Assembly: GCA_013265495.1 (NCBI GenBank)
Contig: MU058650.1
Location: 1,058,267-1,122,266, forward strand
Reading direction: 5' to 3'
DNA from: Vicugna vicugna
Lineage: Eukaryota
Length of the DNA stretch: 64,000 bases
Each line of letters starts with the position of its first letter. Position 1 is the stretch's first letter. The notes below the pieces were generated by a model. The model was not told the origin of the DNA. It did no database searches and saw only the letters and a program-made list of their open reading frames with translations. This document shows, piece by piece, positions 11,386 through 25,222 of this stretch. Position numbers and translations under genes: made by a program.

Positions 11386-12638
11386 TTTTCTGATGGGAAA
11401 TAAAAATTCAGCTGTCGTTTGCCGTGCTGTTACTGAACAGTTCAGGGAGATTCTAGCCAGACACACCCACTCGAAACATTCTGTCCCTTAGTGAATTTGA
11501 TCAAGGGTATTTTAGCTGAATCTCTCTTGAGAAGCTGTCGGTCAGAATAACACAATTGCTGTTTTAGTAAGAATAATATGGATCAGACAAAATTGCTTCT
11601 TGTTCTCTCCAAACGAGCCCATTTGGCTTTAGCCTTTGGCTATTGGAGCAGGGAGAAGACAGTCATGAAGATCTCTCTTTGATCTCTGTGAAGCTAATGA
11701 GAAAACAGAAGTGCTTAGCTGCAATATTGTGGAAGAAGATTAGCTGGATGCAAGACACAGGCTAGGTTTCCTTTTGGAGGAGGGCAATTGGGCACTTGTT
11801 CTGCAGCCTGAGGAGTAACCTAACCTTTTACACTTTTACAGTAAGTGAATGTGGAGTTGCCAGGGGCTGGTATTCCGGGAATTTGGGCAGCTTATCTGGC
11901 AGAGGTGTTTCAGACCTATTCGCTAAAGCTTGGATTTTGTTGGTTCTTGCTCCCCATTTGCCAGTGTAGAACAGAAAAAGAGGCCCCCACCTTTATATCT
12001 GTGTCTTCATAGGGGTACACATTTTGTGCTAACATGCTAATTTTCCTTCTTCTACTCTATCCCTCTTTTGCTCGATGTTACGTCACTCACCAGGCACTTA
12101 CAAGTCACCCACCCTCACTGAGTACCAGCACAAACACAAGACATCCCTGCTGCCTTCTTTGTGAACACTCATATCTGCCAAGAACTATTACTGCTTGCCT
12201 TGGGCATCGACCATGCCTACAAGACATGGTACCTCTGCTGGTACCACAGCTATCGACACTGGAGGCACCAACGTGACTCCTACTTCTAGAGCGAGGTGAG
12301 GAGTTGGGTTGGGGAAGTGGGCCTCTTCCTATGTGTGACGCCCTGTTGAGGGATGCTAAAGGAGCACTTCCTCACTGTCACCCCAGTGTCTTCCCAGACA
12401 GAGAAGCTCATGGGCAGGTTCGGCCTGGGGATTCACAGAACAGGCTTCTTGTTATCTCACAGTCTACTAAGATGCGGTGCTACAGCAAACCTTCCTTCTC
12501 CTAGGAGAAAACACCCTTGATCAAATCACTACAGGACAGAACGTTTCACGCCGGTGTGTCCGGCTAGAATCTCCCTGAACTGTTCGGTAATTAACAGCAC
12601 ATCAAAAGACAGCTGAGTTTTTATTTCCCATCAGAAAA
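11386..12638. repeat. Inverted repeat: arms 11386-11513 and 12508-12638, ~1 kb spacer
   Basis: Manual alignment gives about 14 mismatches and 2 indels over ~132 columns. Confidence 0.9.
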
Positions 12639-12859
12639 CTTCTCTCTCAGGAGGGGCCTAAGATCCCAGAGCACACCAGCTGCTGTCAGGCTCGCTCTGG
12701 CAGTGAATAAACCTGCACTCATCATCCTGAAGGACAGCCCTGGGCGCAGGTTAGGCACGAGCTGAGATCCTCCTACCACACCCGTGCCCTCACCCAGCAT
12801 GTGGTGCTATCTACCAATTGTCTTTCCATTGGAGTCCCAGTGAAAATTGGCTTCTCTGC

Positions 12860-14176
12860 ACTACAGACAGAAAACATATCACAGGGAACTATACTCAGTA
12901 ACCTATGCTAGCTAACCTGTAATGAAAAAGAACATGAAAATGAATATATGTATGTATATGTACGACTGCACTATTGTGCTGTACACCAGAAATGGACACA
13001 ACATTGTAAACTGACTATACCTCAATAAAAATAATAATAAATAAATAAATAAATATTTAAAATAGAAAGCATATTATTTTTTATTTCTGTGCTTTCCTGT
13101 AGCTCCCAGATTAGGTTCAAAATCTTTAGCTCCAAAATGTTCATTGACACATGACTGGATAAAGAAATTGTGGTACATTTATATAATGGAATACTATTCA
13201 GCCATAAAAAAGAATAAAATGATGTCATTTGCAGCAACATGGATGGACCTGGAGATTATCCTTCTAAGTGAAGTAAGCCAGAAAGAAAGAGAAAAATACC
13301 ATATGAGCTCACTTATATGTGGAATCTAAAAAAAAAAAAGACAAATGAACAGAAACAGACTCACAGACATAGAAAACAAACTTATGGTTACTGATGGGGA
13401 AGGGATGGGAAGGGGTAAATTGGGAGTTCTAGATTTGCAGATACTAACTAATATACATAAAATAGATAAACAACAAGTTTATACTCTATAGCACAAGGAA
13501 CTATATTCAGTATCTTGTAGTAATCTATGGTGAAAAGAATATAAAAATGAATATATGTATGTTCTTCTATGACTGTGCTATACACCAGAAATTGACACAA
13601 AATTGTAAACTGACTATATTTCAATTAAAAAAAACTTTAGCTGCAAAATATCCATTGCCAGAAGACTGGATAAAGAAGTTGTGGTATATTTATACAATGG
13701 GATACTACCCAGTCATAAAAAAGAATAAAATGATGTCATTTGCAGCAACATGGATGGACCTGGAGATGTCATTCTAAGTGAAGTGAGCCAGAAAGGGAAA
13801 GAAAAATACCATATAATATTTCTAATATGTGAAATCTAAAAACAAAAAAGAAAGAAAGAAAAAAGAGACCACTAATGAACCCATCTACAAAACAGAAACA
13901 GTAAACAAACTTATAGTTACTGGGTGAAAGGGGGTGGGCAGGGATAAATTTGGGAGTTTGAGATTTGCAAATGTTAACCACTATATATAAAAACAGATTA
14001 AAAATTTTTCTCTGTATAGCACAGGGAATTATATTCAATATCTTGTAATAACCTTTAATGGGAAAGAACATGAAAATGAATAAATGTATGTATACACATG
14101 ACTGGCACACTGCGCTGCACACCAGAAATTGACGCATTGTAACTGACTATACTTCAATTTGAAAAAAAAAAAAAAA
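12860..14176 (+). mobile_element. Cluster of three L1 3'-end fragments (~12860-13055, ~13135-13634, ~13645-14176)
   Basis: L1 ORF2 tail (DWIKKLWYIY.MEYYSAIKKN), 3'UTR sequence and poly(A) tails. Confidence 0.9.
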
Positions 14177-14992
14177 TCTTTAGCTGCAGAGGCAAGGCCC
14201 TACGGTGATCTAGCTCCTGAGCTCTCTGACCTCCTCTGCAGCAATCCCAAATCTGCAGGTCTTGGACGTTCTCTCCCTGTGTGCCTGTGCCAGTCCCTTT
14301 GATTATACCATCCTTTCCCCCGTTCCTCAACACCCCCCATCTTTGTTTGATGTTTAATAACAGTACTTGATTCAAGAGTCACATTCCCTGATCCTCAAGG
14401 CTGGGATGGATGAACCTTTGTGATCTACATAGCCCTAGACACCACTGCTTTCACTGTATTGTCAGTACTGACCTTTCTGTCCATCCCTGCCCCTTAAGAA
14501 CAAGGCCTGTATCTCTCACCCATGCAGACCCAGTGGCTAGGCATGTAGTGCTTGCAGTGCAGTGGGCATTCCATAAAAGCTTGCTAAATAAACATACACA
14601 TAGGGGAAAGTAGTTCATTAATAACTGTTCAGCTCTGGAGAGTCACAGGCAAATCAATGTTTCAAAAATAAAATGCTCTGATTTTTCACCAATTTACATG
14701 AGAAAAGACAGCGATGTTTACAAGATCTGTAGTAACTTGAACTACTCAGGATTTCTTGATCTAAGAATAGTATGTTCTAGGCCTCCTACCATTGACTGGG
14801 TCTGACAGCTGCTTTTTAGGTTGGCACATAATATCCTTTAAAGGGCTAATTTTCTCTGCTATGGAAGTTGAGCAAGAAACCATTGTAATGTGCTGTTGTA
14901 GATTTTTTTTTTTTGAGAAAAGTTTAGAATTTAGAAATGTGAAATAACTTCAATGTGCCTACCGCACAAAATTAACAAATCTTAATATCTTT

Positions 14993-15766
14993 TGTTACTA
15001 AATTAGGTTTTATGGACCCCACCTTGGGCCCCAGCCTTGCCAAGGCTCCCTTTGCCTCAGCAGAGAAAGTTCTTTTTCCCTTAGGGTTCACACAGTCAAA
15101 AACAAACCCAAAGCTTGAAGACTAAAGCAGTACAAGCTTTATTCAACGGTCAGAGAATGAAGAAGTGGGACCTTAGTTCACAAATCAATTTCTCGCTCAG
15201 GGGATGATTAAGACAAGATTATAAGGACAAGGTTAGCGCATTGGTTTAATGCGAATGTGGGGGCCCTTCTTGGAACTGGGGTCCCGCCTCTTTTCTGCTC
15301 TTGTATGGTTTTTTGGCATCTGAGTCAGAAGCCGGTCAAACCATCATGGTGCAGACAGGAAGAGCTCTTACCCAACCTGATAGGCTGGTGGAGAGGTGAT
15401 CAGGAGTCAACATCTCCAACTTGCGAGTTTCAGCCGGCCTGGGGTCCACGTGCTTGTGGTCAGCACACAGTCAGCTTCTTCCACACGGAGGTGGAAACAG
15501 CTCAAAGGACGTGGCTTAGGATGTTATTCATAGTCCTGGGAGGAGCTAAAGGTCTTTGACTTTGTTTAATGACTAAACTATTATTATTTTGTCTTGCTAG
15601 CTTGTTTTCCTTTATTTCTGCATTTTCTCAATTTTTTGATTAAATGTATTCTCTGTAACTCAGGGAAAGCCTAGGAGGCTAAAGTTTTCCTACAGACAAG
15701 AAGCAGGCGGAGGACATGAGGGGGGGTCTGTCCCAGGAAAGCCCCAGAGGATCCGGCTTGGTTACA
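14993..15766 (-). mobile_element. Solo ERV1-type LTR
   Basis: TGTTAC...GTTACA termini, near-identical 4-bp flanks (cttt/tttt), minus-strand AATAAA near 15140. Confidence 0.6.
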
Positions 15767-16387
15767 TTTTCATATTGTTTCATGTCTTTAACAGATTTAA
15801 AATACAGATGAAGCTGAAGTCGCATTGAACCACCCTTCTCAGTCCTACGCTCCTTCCCACCTACCCCAATAAAACAGCTGCTGTGATCTAGTTTTATAAT
15901 TAATCGCTTTAGATTTAGCATCTCGATTATGCTAGCTGGATAAGCAGGTTTCTCTCTTTCTTCTCCAAAACGGCATATATAAAATAGACAAATTGACCTC
16001 TATGGGCCTGGGGATATTTCTGCTGTTGGAGGAGATATCTGACTACTGATTCCATGATTTTTCATGGTTGTAGATCCTAGTTCGTAGGTCTTTCTATTTT
16101 GGCAATTTATTATATTACTAGAAAAGTGTCCATTTAATCTTTTGTAGTTTTATTAGTATCACTCATCGTTGTGTTCTCCTCGATTTTTTTCAGTCTCTGT
16201 CTTATCTATAGTGATGCTCCCCTCTTTTAGACTTCTGGAACTTTTTTAACAAAAGTAGAAGAAATCATATGACAAATCCTAAGTTTTAGCAATTATGAAT
16301 ATTTTGCCAATCTTGCTGCATTTATCCTTATCCCCCTCCCTTGTCTTTAAACACAGGTGACATTTGAGAACAAAGAAAATAAATCTT

Positions 16388-16505
16388 GGGAGGAGGGTGT
16401 AGCTCAGTGGCAGAGCGCCTGCCGAGCATACATGAGGTCCTGGGTTCAATCCCCAGTACCTCCAATAAAACAAATAAATAAACCTAATTACCCCCAAAAA
16501 AACAT
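16388..16505 (+). mobile_element. tRNA-derived SINE
   Basis: A and B boxes plus the aaataaacctaattacccc tail. Confidence 0.85.
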
Positions 16506-18789
16506 ATATAAATATACTTTTCATTACACTTTGTGTCATTATGTGTACCACTGTGATAACTGTCATCATCATGACATCTAATATTTTCAAAGTATGTGAC
16601 TTCTTTAAAACACTTGAGATTCACCCTTCCTGAAGGAATAAATATCGTTTGTATTATTATCTCCATTTCTCAAATGAGGAAAATTAAATGAGCCACACAA
16701 GCAGTTAAAGGGTCAACAGAATGTGGAATTCACAAACCTCGGTGGTAAATCCATAGCACCCAGGCTTTGATCTAACCCACGTCATTCATGGAACATCCTC
16801 ATTCCCCTTAAATTTTCATCAACAACATCACGTAATGAACTTCTCAAAGAATTAGAAGAGTCCAGATACAATCTGATTACAGTGGGAACGTTCCCATTCA
16901 GTGGGAATGTAGCGATACAGAGATTTCCTACCGACCTTCTTTAATTCCTAGAAAATATTAAAGACAAAATAAAACTAAGATAAAAAAAGAAAAATGCCAG
17001 ACAAGAAGAGAGATAAGTCACAATATTCTATCTGCCATCCCTTTTCTAAGGCTGATAACTCTTCAACTCTACTAATTATTAAGAGGTGTTGGAGTAATGA
17101 CCTATAATGGAAAAGAATATGAAAAGGAATATATATATTATACATATATATGAATCCTACTATGCAGTACACCAAAAATTAGCACAACATTGTAAATCGA
17201 CTGTGCCTCAATTTTAAAAAATGTTAGAGAAATTTTCTGTTTTTGAAGCCTGTTCCTGAACTCATCACAGAGGAAGATCTTGCTGGTAAACGCCACCACT
17301 TCCTTTTGTGAGTGTTTTACAAGATCACCAAAGATTGGAATATGCTCCGGCTGTCATATTTTTTAAAGCTACTGATGGAATAAATCTCACAGGCAATTTG
17401 GCTGCAACAAAATATGATTACTAGCTAGAACTATTCCCACACAAACTTTTAAATCCAATGAATAGCTCTCCTCTCTCTTTAAGAATAAAACAGAGCTAAA
17501 ATATTTTTGTTATCATTCATTGCAACTAGCAATATTTTATTTAAATAAAATTAATTTTTCTGATTATAAAAGTATTACATGCATATTGCAGCACAAGGTT
17601 AAGAGGGGAAAATTAGCTACACTATGAAGATTTTGTTTTTCATATCTGAGAACATAATATCACATACTCAGAACAAAGGAGCAGGGGCAGACTACAGGAA
17701 AAAACTTGAATTTATGGTAGTTATTCCTGTGGAGTCTCCATGGACGGGCTGTTAAGGGAGGTGAGATTTTTTATTTCTTGATGTAGTCACATATAAACAA
17801 TTTTTATATTTTACTAAGAAAAAAAATTCAGTAATAAAATGATAATAATGGGGACTAAACGAAAAAAAAACCCTTCTCTTTATATTTAACCTTGTTTGTG
17901 CTATTCTTATATTTTTTGTCCTAAATTTGCATAGACTTGCAGAAGCTGTCAGTTAAGAGATCGTTTTGGCCCATCTCTTTTTTATAGATGAGGAAATTAA
18001 GGCTAAGAGAAGTTAAATGACTTAATAGCAAGGTCATGCCTCTGACCCCTCTTGACCTATATGTTACGGATTAATATTAATTTACTTTTAATAGGTAAAA
18101 AGTATGTGCGTTTTACTGAGGCACTTTGACGTTAACCTGGATATGGCATGAGCAATACTCTCCATCACTAAGAGCTTTTCCCAACAGACTAAGCCTAAGT
18201 AATGCTCCCCTGTCATTCTCTCTCATTCTGTTCTTTCCCTTTATAGCACTTACTACCCATTTTAATTATATATTTACTTGTGCTTATTTATTATTTTTCT
18301 TCTCCACCAGACTCTAAACTCCTCAAAGGCTAGCCTTCCATGTGTTCTGTTCTCCATAATGTACCTAGTGCCGAACACAGATACACAATGACATAGAGTC
18401 AGAAGATCATGAAGCCACTGACTAGTTTCTCTCTGCTGACTGTCCCTTCATGGGCACCCAAGTTACATCAACTTATTGAGTGTTTGTTATGTTCTAAAAT
18501 TTAGACAATGTCAGAAGCATATCTTACATGTATATGAATTTTAATCTCATAAGTTAGTCATATTATTATCTCTATCATGCAGATGAAGAAGACTGAGGCT
18601 GAGAGAGGTCAGGTAAATATCAAAAGGTCAGAAACCCAGCAAGTGACAGACACAGGATTCAGTCTTGGGTTTGATTCCAGGCTGTAAGCTCTGAACCCTT
18701 ACACTACCTGCTTGCTGATTTCCTGGCTTCAGTTGATGTTCAAGACACAGTCATCAAAATAGCATCTCTTTACCTCAGTTTAAAAGGTT

Positions 18790-20640
18790 TCTGGGCTTCT
18801 GGGTGAAGACAGCAGATTGAACATATGCATCTAATTTTGCTCCCTCTTAAAACCCTACTAAAATGACAGTAGAGAGCGGCTTTTTGTTTTTCTTTTTCTA
18901 AAGGCAAAAGCCATAAGGACGATGAGACTCAAAAAGGAGAAAGTAGCAAGCAAACTTTGGAAGCTATAATGCAAAAGGATGATGGTAACCGATTTAGCAA
19001 AACTAAGAAAGTTGAATCCTAAACTGGTAACAGGGAGAGCCAAGGGCCAATCTGATTTATACTGTACAGGTTGGTGGCAGTGGGGGTGAAGAGAGAAGTG
19101 GCTAAGATAAGGATAACTAGCTGAAAGTTTTTCAAGAAATTGTTAGGTCCCAAGTTCCCACCCTCCCCCCAGCGTTGACACAGTTGACAACTACTCTTCC
19201 CCACCCTGAGCAGAAGACTGGGGGTTTATTCCTTTATTCCTGGAGAGAGTCTCTAAACTGGGACACCACAGGCTCAGTTAGAGACAGAAGTATCCTTCTG
19301 AAAGGGCGGATTAAAATGAATGTACATCTGGACGGTGAACCCATCTCCCACCCCAGCCATCTTCCCCTCCTCAGGTTTCCAGAAGAATGGAAACTTAAGC
19401 CTTCACATGAAGCTCTGGGCAAAGGATTGGAAGAGCCTTCTCTGAAGAATCTGAGCAGCTCAAGGGGAAAGGATACTGATGTTGGAATTTCCCCAATGAA
19501 GAGTCCCCAACAGCTCATCTCACATAGAACTGCACGATCAACAAGCCCCACTCATGTAGTCAGAGAGTCTTAGCCACTTTTAGTCCTACATACTTAAAGA
19601 TTATCAGAGAATATGGAAGTTAAAGTCCAAAATACACAGAAGAAAAGCAATCTGAAGGAAGCAGGAATTATACACAGAGAAGAATGCATTCCAAGAAGAA
19701 GAAATTAGACTGGTTTCCAGCTTGTCATCAGCAATCTTGGAAGTTAGAAGGCTTCCAATGACTTCAAAATTCTGAAGAAAAACTATACCCAAATGAGAAT
19801 TCCATTCCCAGTCAGCTATCAGTCAAGAGAGAGAGTAAAATAAAGATGTTTTCAGACATGCTCGGTTTCAAAGAATTTACGTCCCATAAATTCAGCCCCA
19901 GACAACATACGACACCAAAATGAGAGGGTCACCCATAAAAAAAGACATAGGGTCTGAAAAACAGAAGAGGTCAAGGGACTACCAAGATAATCATGAATGG
20001 ACAGCCCAAAGTGGGATCTGTGTACCTGGAATAAATGACAATTGGTCCAACTTGGAATGTGTCAGATGACCATGGGTTATGGCTTCAGGAAAATGCAAAC
20101 CACTAGGAAACCTGATGCTCCTGAACGTCTTGAAAGGAGTCTTAGAGAATCAGCAAAGTGTGAGATTTCATACGTGGTATTAGAAAAACAAGCAAATAAA
20201 AAGATGACCAGCTTTACTCCCAGGAAAAATTTAAATTTTGTGCAGAAAATGAAAAGTAGTCATAATTTATTATATGACTCAACTATGAACAGCATTCCCA
20301 TCACCCTAGTGTAAACAATGAATGTTGAAATATAAATATGAATAAATAAACATTAAATATTTAAATAAAATTAAATTTAAATGTAACTCTATTAGGATCT
20401 GGGGGGAGGAGTAGTAAAGAGAAGTAAGTTCTTTCTACCATAGTAAGTCAACATAATGCTGAAAATTTGAAAACTCGAGGAGTAATACAAACAGATTATT
20501 TTCAAATATGTAAGTAAACGAAATGCATCTGCAAAAAGGTGAAGATCATTGCCTCTGGGGGAAGTGTAGGATTGCTGTTGTGTGTTGTAGATCTGTAAGT
20601 CACTCTACGACACTGCATATATAACTTAAAAAATTAAAAC
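18790..20640 (+). mobile_element. Degenerate ancient L1M fragments
   Basis: A-rich plus strand with ORF1-like remnants (cttcaaaattctgaagaaaa, aaataaagatgttttcagacatg). Confidence 0.5.
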
Positions 20641-23600
20641 CAACAAAATGTTTGAAAACATAGATAAATGCTTTCAAATGATCAAATATAGTCATAACTT
20701 CTCTCTTTCTCTTTCCCTCTCAAATTGTGAGTCTTATGGCAGCCCCTACGCTCAGTCACCTGGAGTGGAGTGCTTGTCTGTACCAAGGTGAATTAATTTG
20801 GTAAATCAGCACAACTCAACCGGACAGTAAGGAAGATCACTTCCTTTCCAGCTCTCTGTAAATGTGTCCAAACTTGCTGGAAATGGAAATTGCAGTTTTG
20901 TCATCAAACGTCCCCTTCAATGGTTTATCTTTCACCTGGTGTAATTTGATACTTCTTTCTACTGATCGTCTCCTTAAAAGCTCTGCATAATGGTGTGTGT
21001 TGATTTATGAGACTTCTTCCAGGCTTTATTTCATTTATATTTTTTCTTACCTTGTTATTCCCCTTGGCAGATGCTTGTGTTAATATCTGACCCAAGCAAG
21101 GGGTGTTCAGCCAAAGATAGTCCTCAGTCAAGCTGTGGCCTGAGCAGATGGTGAGGCCTTGGTGCCTTGGAGAACTCAGATTACACTTCCAAGGTGTTCT
21201 CATGTAACAGTTGTGTGCCTTTGATCAAAACACAGAAACACAAACCCTCACGTCCTCCTCAGCACAAAAACAGCCAAGAGCTTGCTCTCTTGGATCCAGG
21301 AAAGGCATGCCAATTTCCCTGTAAGATTTTACTTGCAGTAAACACCCATATTTGCAGAAGAGCTTCAGACACACAGGATGACGCGGATCCGGTAGAAAGG
21401 AGACCACTGCGGAAGGTGGGAAGGGACTCCTGGAGGACTGTTTCCCTTTGTGTCTGCTCTGCCCTCTATACCGACGACAGTGCGTGGCACACAGGAGGGT
21501 GCACAAAATACTTGTTGAATAATTTATATTCAAGTATTCAATAAATAAGCTGCTGCTCTGTCTGGCATATCTTTACTTTTCTCAGATTGACACACTTCCG
21601 CTCGCCTTTAAGATCCAGTGCACCTATCTCTTGTACAGCTTCCTTTGACCCACTCAAACTCTTTTCTATCTATATATTTGCATTTTGAACAGATTTCTGT
21701 TGCTTGTTCTTCTAACACAGCATGGATGTTATTTGACTGCATGTCTGTCCTCCTTATAAGACTTTTAATTCCTTGAGAGCTAAAGCTTTGACTTATCTCT
21801 GTATCCATGCTGCCTGGCATCCTGCCTGAATATTTGTCCATTCATTCATTCAACAGATCTAGAGTGCCCACAATGTTCCAAGCACTGGAATGGGCTCTGC
21901 GGATAAAGCAGTGAAGGATTCAAGAACCGTCCATGCCCCCCAGCTTGCATTCTACTAGGGCTGAAGACCATTCGCATCAGTGTGATAATCGCAGTGATGA
22001 AGGTCGTGAGTACATTATGGGAGAACGTGGGAAGGTTATTATGCTCAAAATCTGAGAGATCAGGAAAAGCCTACAAGAGGAAGCTTTCCAGAAACAAACA
22101 AAGACTATCCAAAGAACAAATAAAAGTTAGCGAGGAAGGCTGGAAATACGTGCTTCAGGAAGTATAGCAAGTTTGGGGAAATGCAAAAAGGACAAAGGAA
22201 CAGAGAAAAAGAAGAAGAGAAAAAAAGAGGAAGGAAGAAGCAGATGAAAAGGAGGAAGGGAGGAATGGAAGAAGTCATAGTGAGAGAAAGGAAGGGATAC
22301 TGTATTATCTTATTTGCTTTGTAAAATATTTTGCTCCAGTGGTGGCCACCTGCTTCTTCTTTTGATTTGGAGATCCATCTTTACCCTCCAGTCGCAGAAT
22401 CACAGGCTATTTTGGAGCTGGAAAGGGCTTCCAGTACCTTGCTCTATCCTTATTTTACAAATACAGAAACTAAGCTTTATAGAAGTTAGTAATAGCAATA
22501 TTTTGCTTTTATCGCGTGTCTTGCAAAGAATTTTCACCCCTGTCCAGTTTAAGCCCAACAGCCCTGCAAAGTAGCGTCATTCTTTTTTATATATCAGGAA
22601 ACTGAGGCTCAAGTGGAATTAGTGGTACAGCTGGAAGCCAGGTCTCTGGTGTCATATCCAGTGCTCATCCTGTCACTTCTCAGTCCCTCTACCAAAGTCA
22701 TACTGTCAGGAACAGAGCCAGCAGTAGACTTGACTGCTTATCCAAAACTCCTTCCAGAAGGCAAGAGCGTCCTGACACCTGATACGGACTGACCACTGCT
22801 AATTATCACAGTGTGTTCCAATTACAAGAACACTTGTGCGGGGTTATTCATTTGCCAATAGCCCCAGGGACACTGGAATGATGGGGTTTATGTGCTGTAG
22901 ACACAGACGTATAGATAAGGAGATTCACTAAATAATTCTTTGTGCTCAAAGTTTTAAAAAATCAAATTTCAGAATATTATATATCATGTTAACAGTTCTA
23001 TAAATTTAAAAATTATGTAATATTTAATACATATATATAATCAAGAGTGTAAAAGCATGGGCTGAATAGATACCAAATTCATGATAATGGTTTCCTCTAG
23101 AAAAGAACAGGAATAAGAGAGGGTAACATAAGGATTTCAATTTTATCATGCTTTTTTTTCTTCTTAAAATTTTTTTTCTTAATCTGAATCAAAAATGTAA
23201 AACTGTTTTATAATTCTTTGTTCGTTTTTCTGCACCAAGTTTATTTTTCAAAACATTTTAATAAGCGTGAAATTTCACATGTAAGTTTCAAATACTTCCC
23301 CTTCCAGACAGCACTCCCAGTTTCCTTATCTGTTAAAGAAAGAAAACGTAGATCAGATCACTTCTAAGATCCCTTTCAGCCTTGACACTTGAACCTCCTT
23401 CAAACTCTCACAGGCTTTGAAGAGATTATAGATAGATTTTATTTGAGTAAATTCTGGAAAGGGGCTTGGAATATACTGTCAGCTATTTCAAGGGAAGGAA
23501 GCCCAGGAGTTTTTTTTTTTTTTTTAACTGTGAAAGCCTTCTTTTTCCTCCCCACCTTAGCCTCACCGGAGAGGCATTCCACAGCTAATGTCTTATCTAT

Positions 23601-24299
23601 TTATATTCTGGAAACCCTGTCTAAATTAAGCCTCCACAAAAGGTTTATATGATGATGAAGTCTGGACGTTCTGGGGTCAGTCTCCTCCCACCCCAACGCA
23701 AAAGCCTTGACATGAAACTTTATTATCACTAATTCTCATATAAAACACTAGGATTAAAGGTTTGGTGACCATATATCGAACACAAAAGTAGAACATGTGA
23801 TCTGACACAGGTTTGATGATGGGACAGAATATTTGCAATCAGGGTGGCCCCAGCAAATCTTCAGTCTTGTGGGAGACTGAAGGAACCAGTTAATAGGGTA
23901 GATGGGAAGGCTGGCAGAACCAAAGATGTTATATATGGTCAAAGTGTCCTTCAAATGCACATAAGACCTTTTGAAAAAATACTAGAGGGAAGTTTCAACC
24001 GAGAGAGAACTAAGAAAAACTTCAGGAGAAGGACTGATGATGAGTATTTAATGTGGTTCATTGTAGAATTAAGAATAAAACAAGGGTTAAGAAATGGGTG
24101 GAAGAATAGTATGTGAACAAAATAGAAGCAATGCAACAAAAATAGTGGGAGGAGAAGAGATGAGGAGAAAACAGAAAACAGGGTGATCACCTCTGACAAA
24201 AAAGATGTCATTTTAAATTGAAAGTATATTATTAGTTTTAAAAAGAGAAGCAAAGAGTACCACAAAAGATTTTCGAAACAAAGAGGAATATTACTTGCC

Positions 24300-24930
24300 T
24301 ACCCATGTTCATTGCACCATTACTTGCAAAAGCCAAGACATGGAAACAACCCTAGTGTCCATCAGGGGATGAATGGATAAAGAACATATGGTACATGTGT
24401 ATACCTATATACATATACATGATGGAACACTACTCAGCCACAAAAAAGAAAGAAATCTTGCCATTTGTGAAAACATGGCTGGACTTTAATGGCAATACGC
24501 TAAGTGTAACAAGTCAGAGAAAGATAAATATGATCTCACTTATGGGTGGAACCTGAAAGCAAACAAACTTATAGAAACAGAGAACAGACTGCTGGTTGCC
24601 AGAGGTAGAGGATGAGGGGTAGACAAAATGGGTGAAAGAGGTCAAAATGTACAATATTCCAGTTATAAAATAAATAAGTCATGTGGATGTAATGTACAGC
24701 ATGGTGGTTCTAGTTAATAATACTTTATTGCATATTTGAAAGTTGATAAAGAGTAAATCTTCAAAGTTCTCATCACAAGAAAAGATTTATTTTTTTTCAT
24801 TATTTTTCATTATTAGGTATTTTTCATTATTATGATGATCATTTCACAATATTTACAAATATCAGATCACTATGTTGCACATCTGAAACTAATATAATTT
24901 TATATAATATCTCAATTTTTAAAAAGAAAC
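24300..24930 (+). mobile_element. Older L1M 3' end
   Basis: cccatgttcattgca...gccaagacatggaaacaacc...gatgaatggataaag through the 3'UTR. Confidence 0.85.
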
Positions 24931-25222
24931 AGAGATAACTATTACAACTAATAATACAAACTTTAATACCTAATACCTTAACACCAAATGCTTTCAAATA
25001 GTGAAGAAACATAGTAAATATAATAATAATAGCATTGAATAAATGCCAGCATTAAAAGAAGTGATTTCCAAAATATATTATTATATATGGAAAAAGCAAA
25101 ACACTGAAGAATATGCATAGTATGGTAACTTTTGTGTTGAAAGATGGAAATAAAAAAAAAACACATGTATCTAATTTTTCAAAAAGAAACACAGGAAAAA
25201 TAACAAAAAATGAAATTGATTG

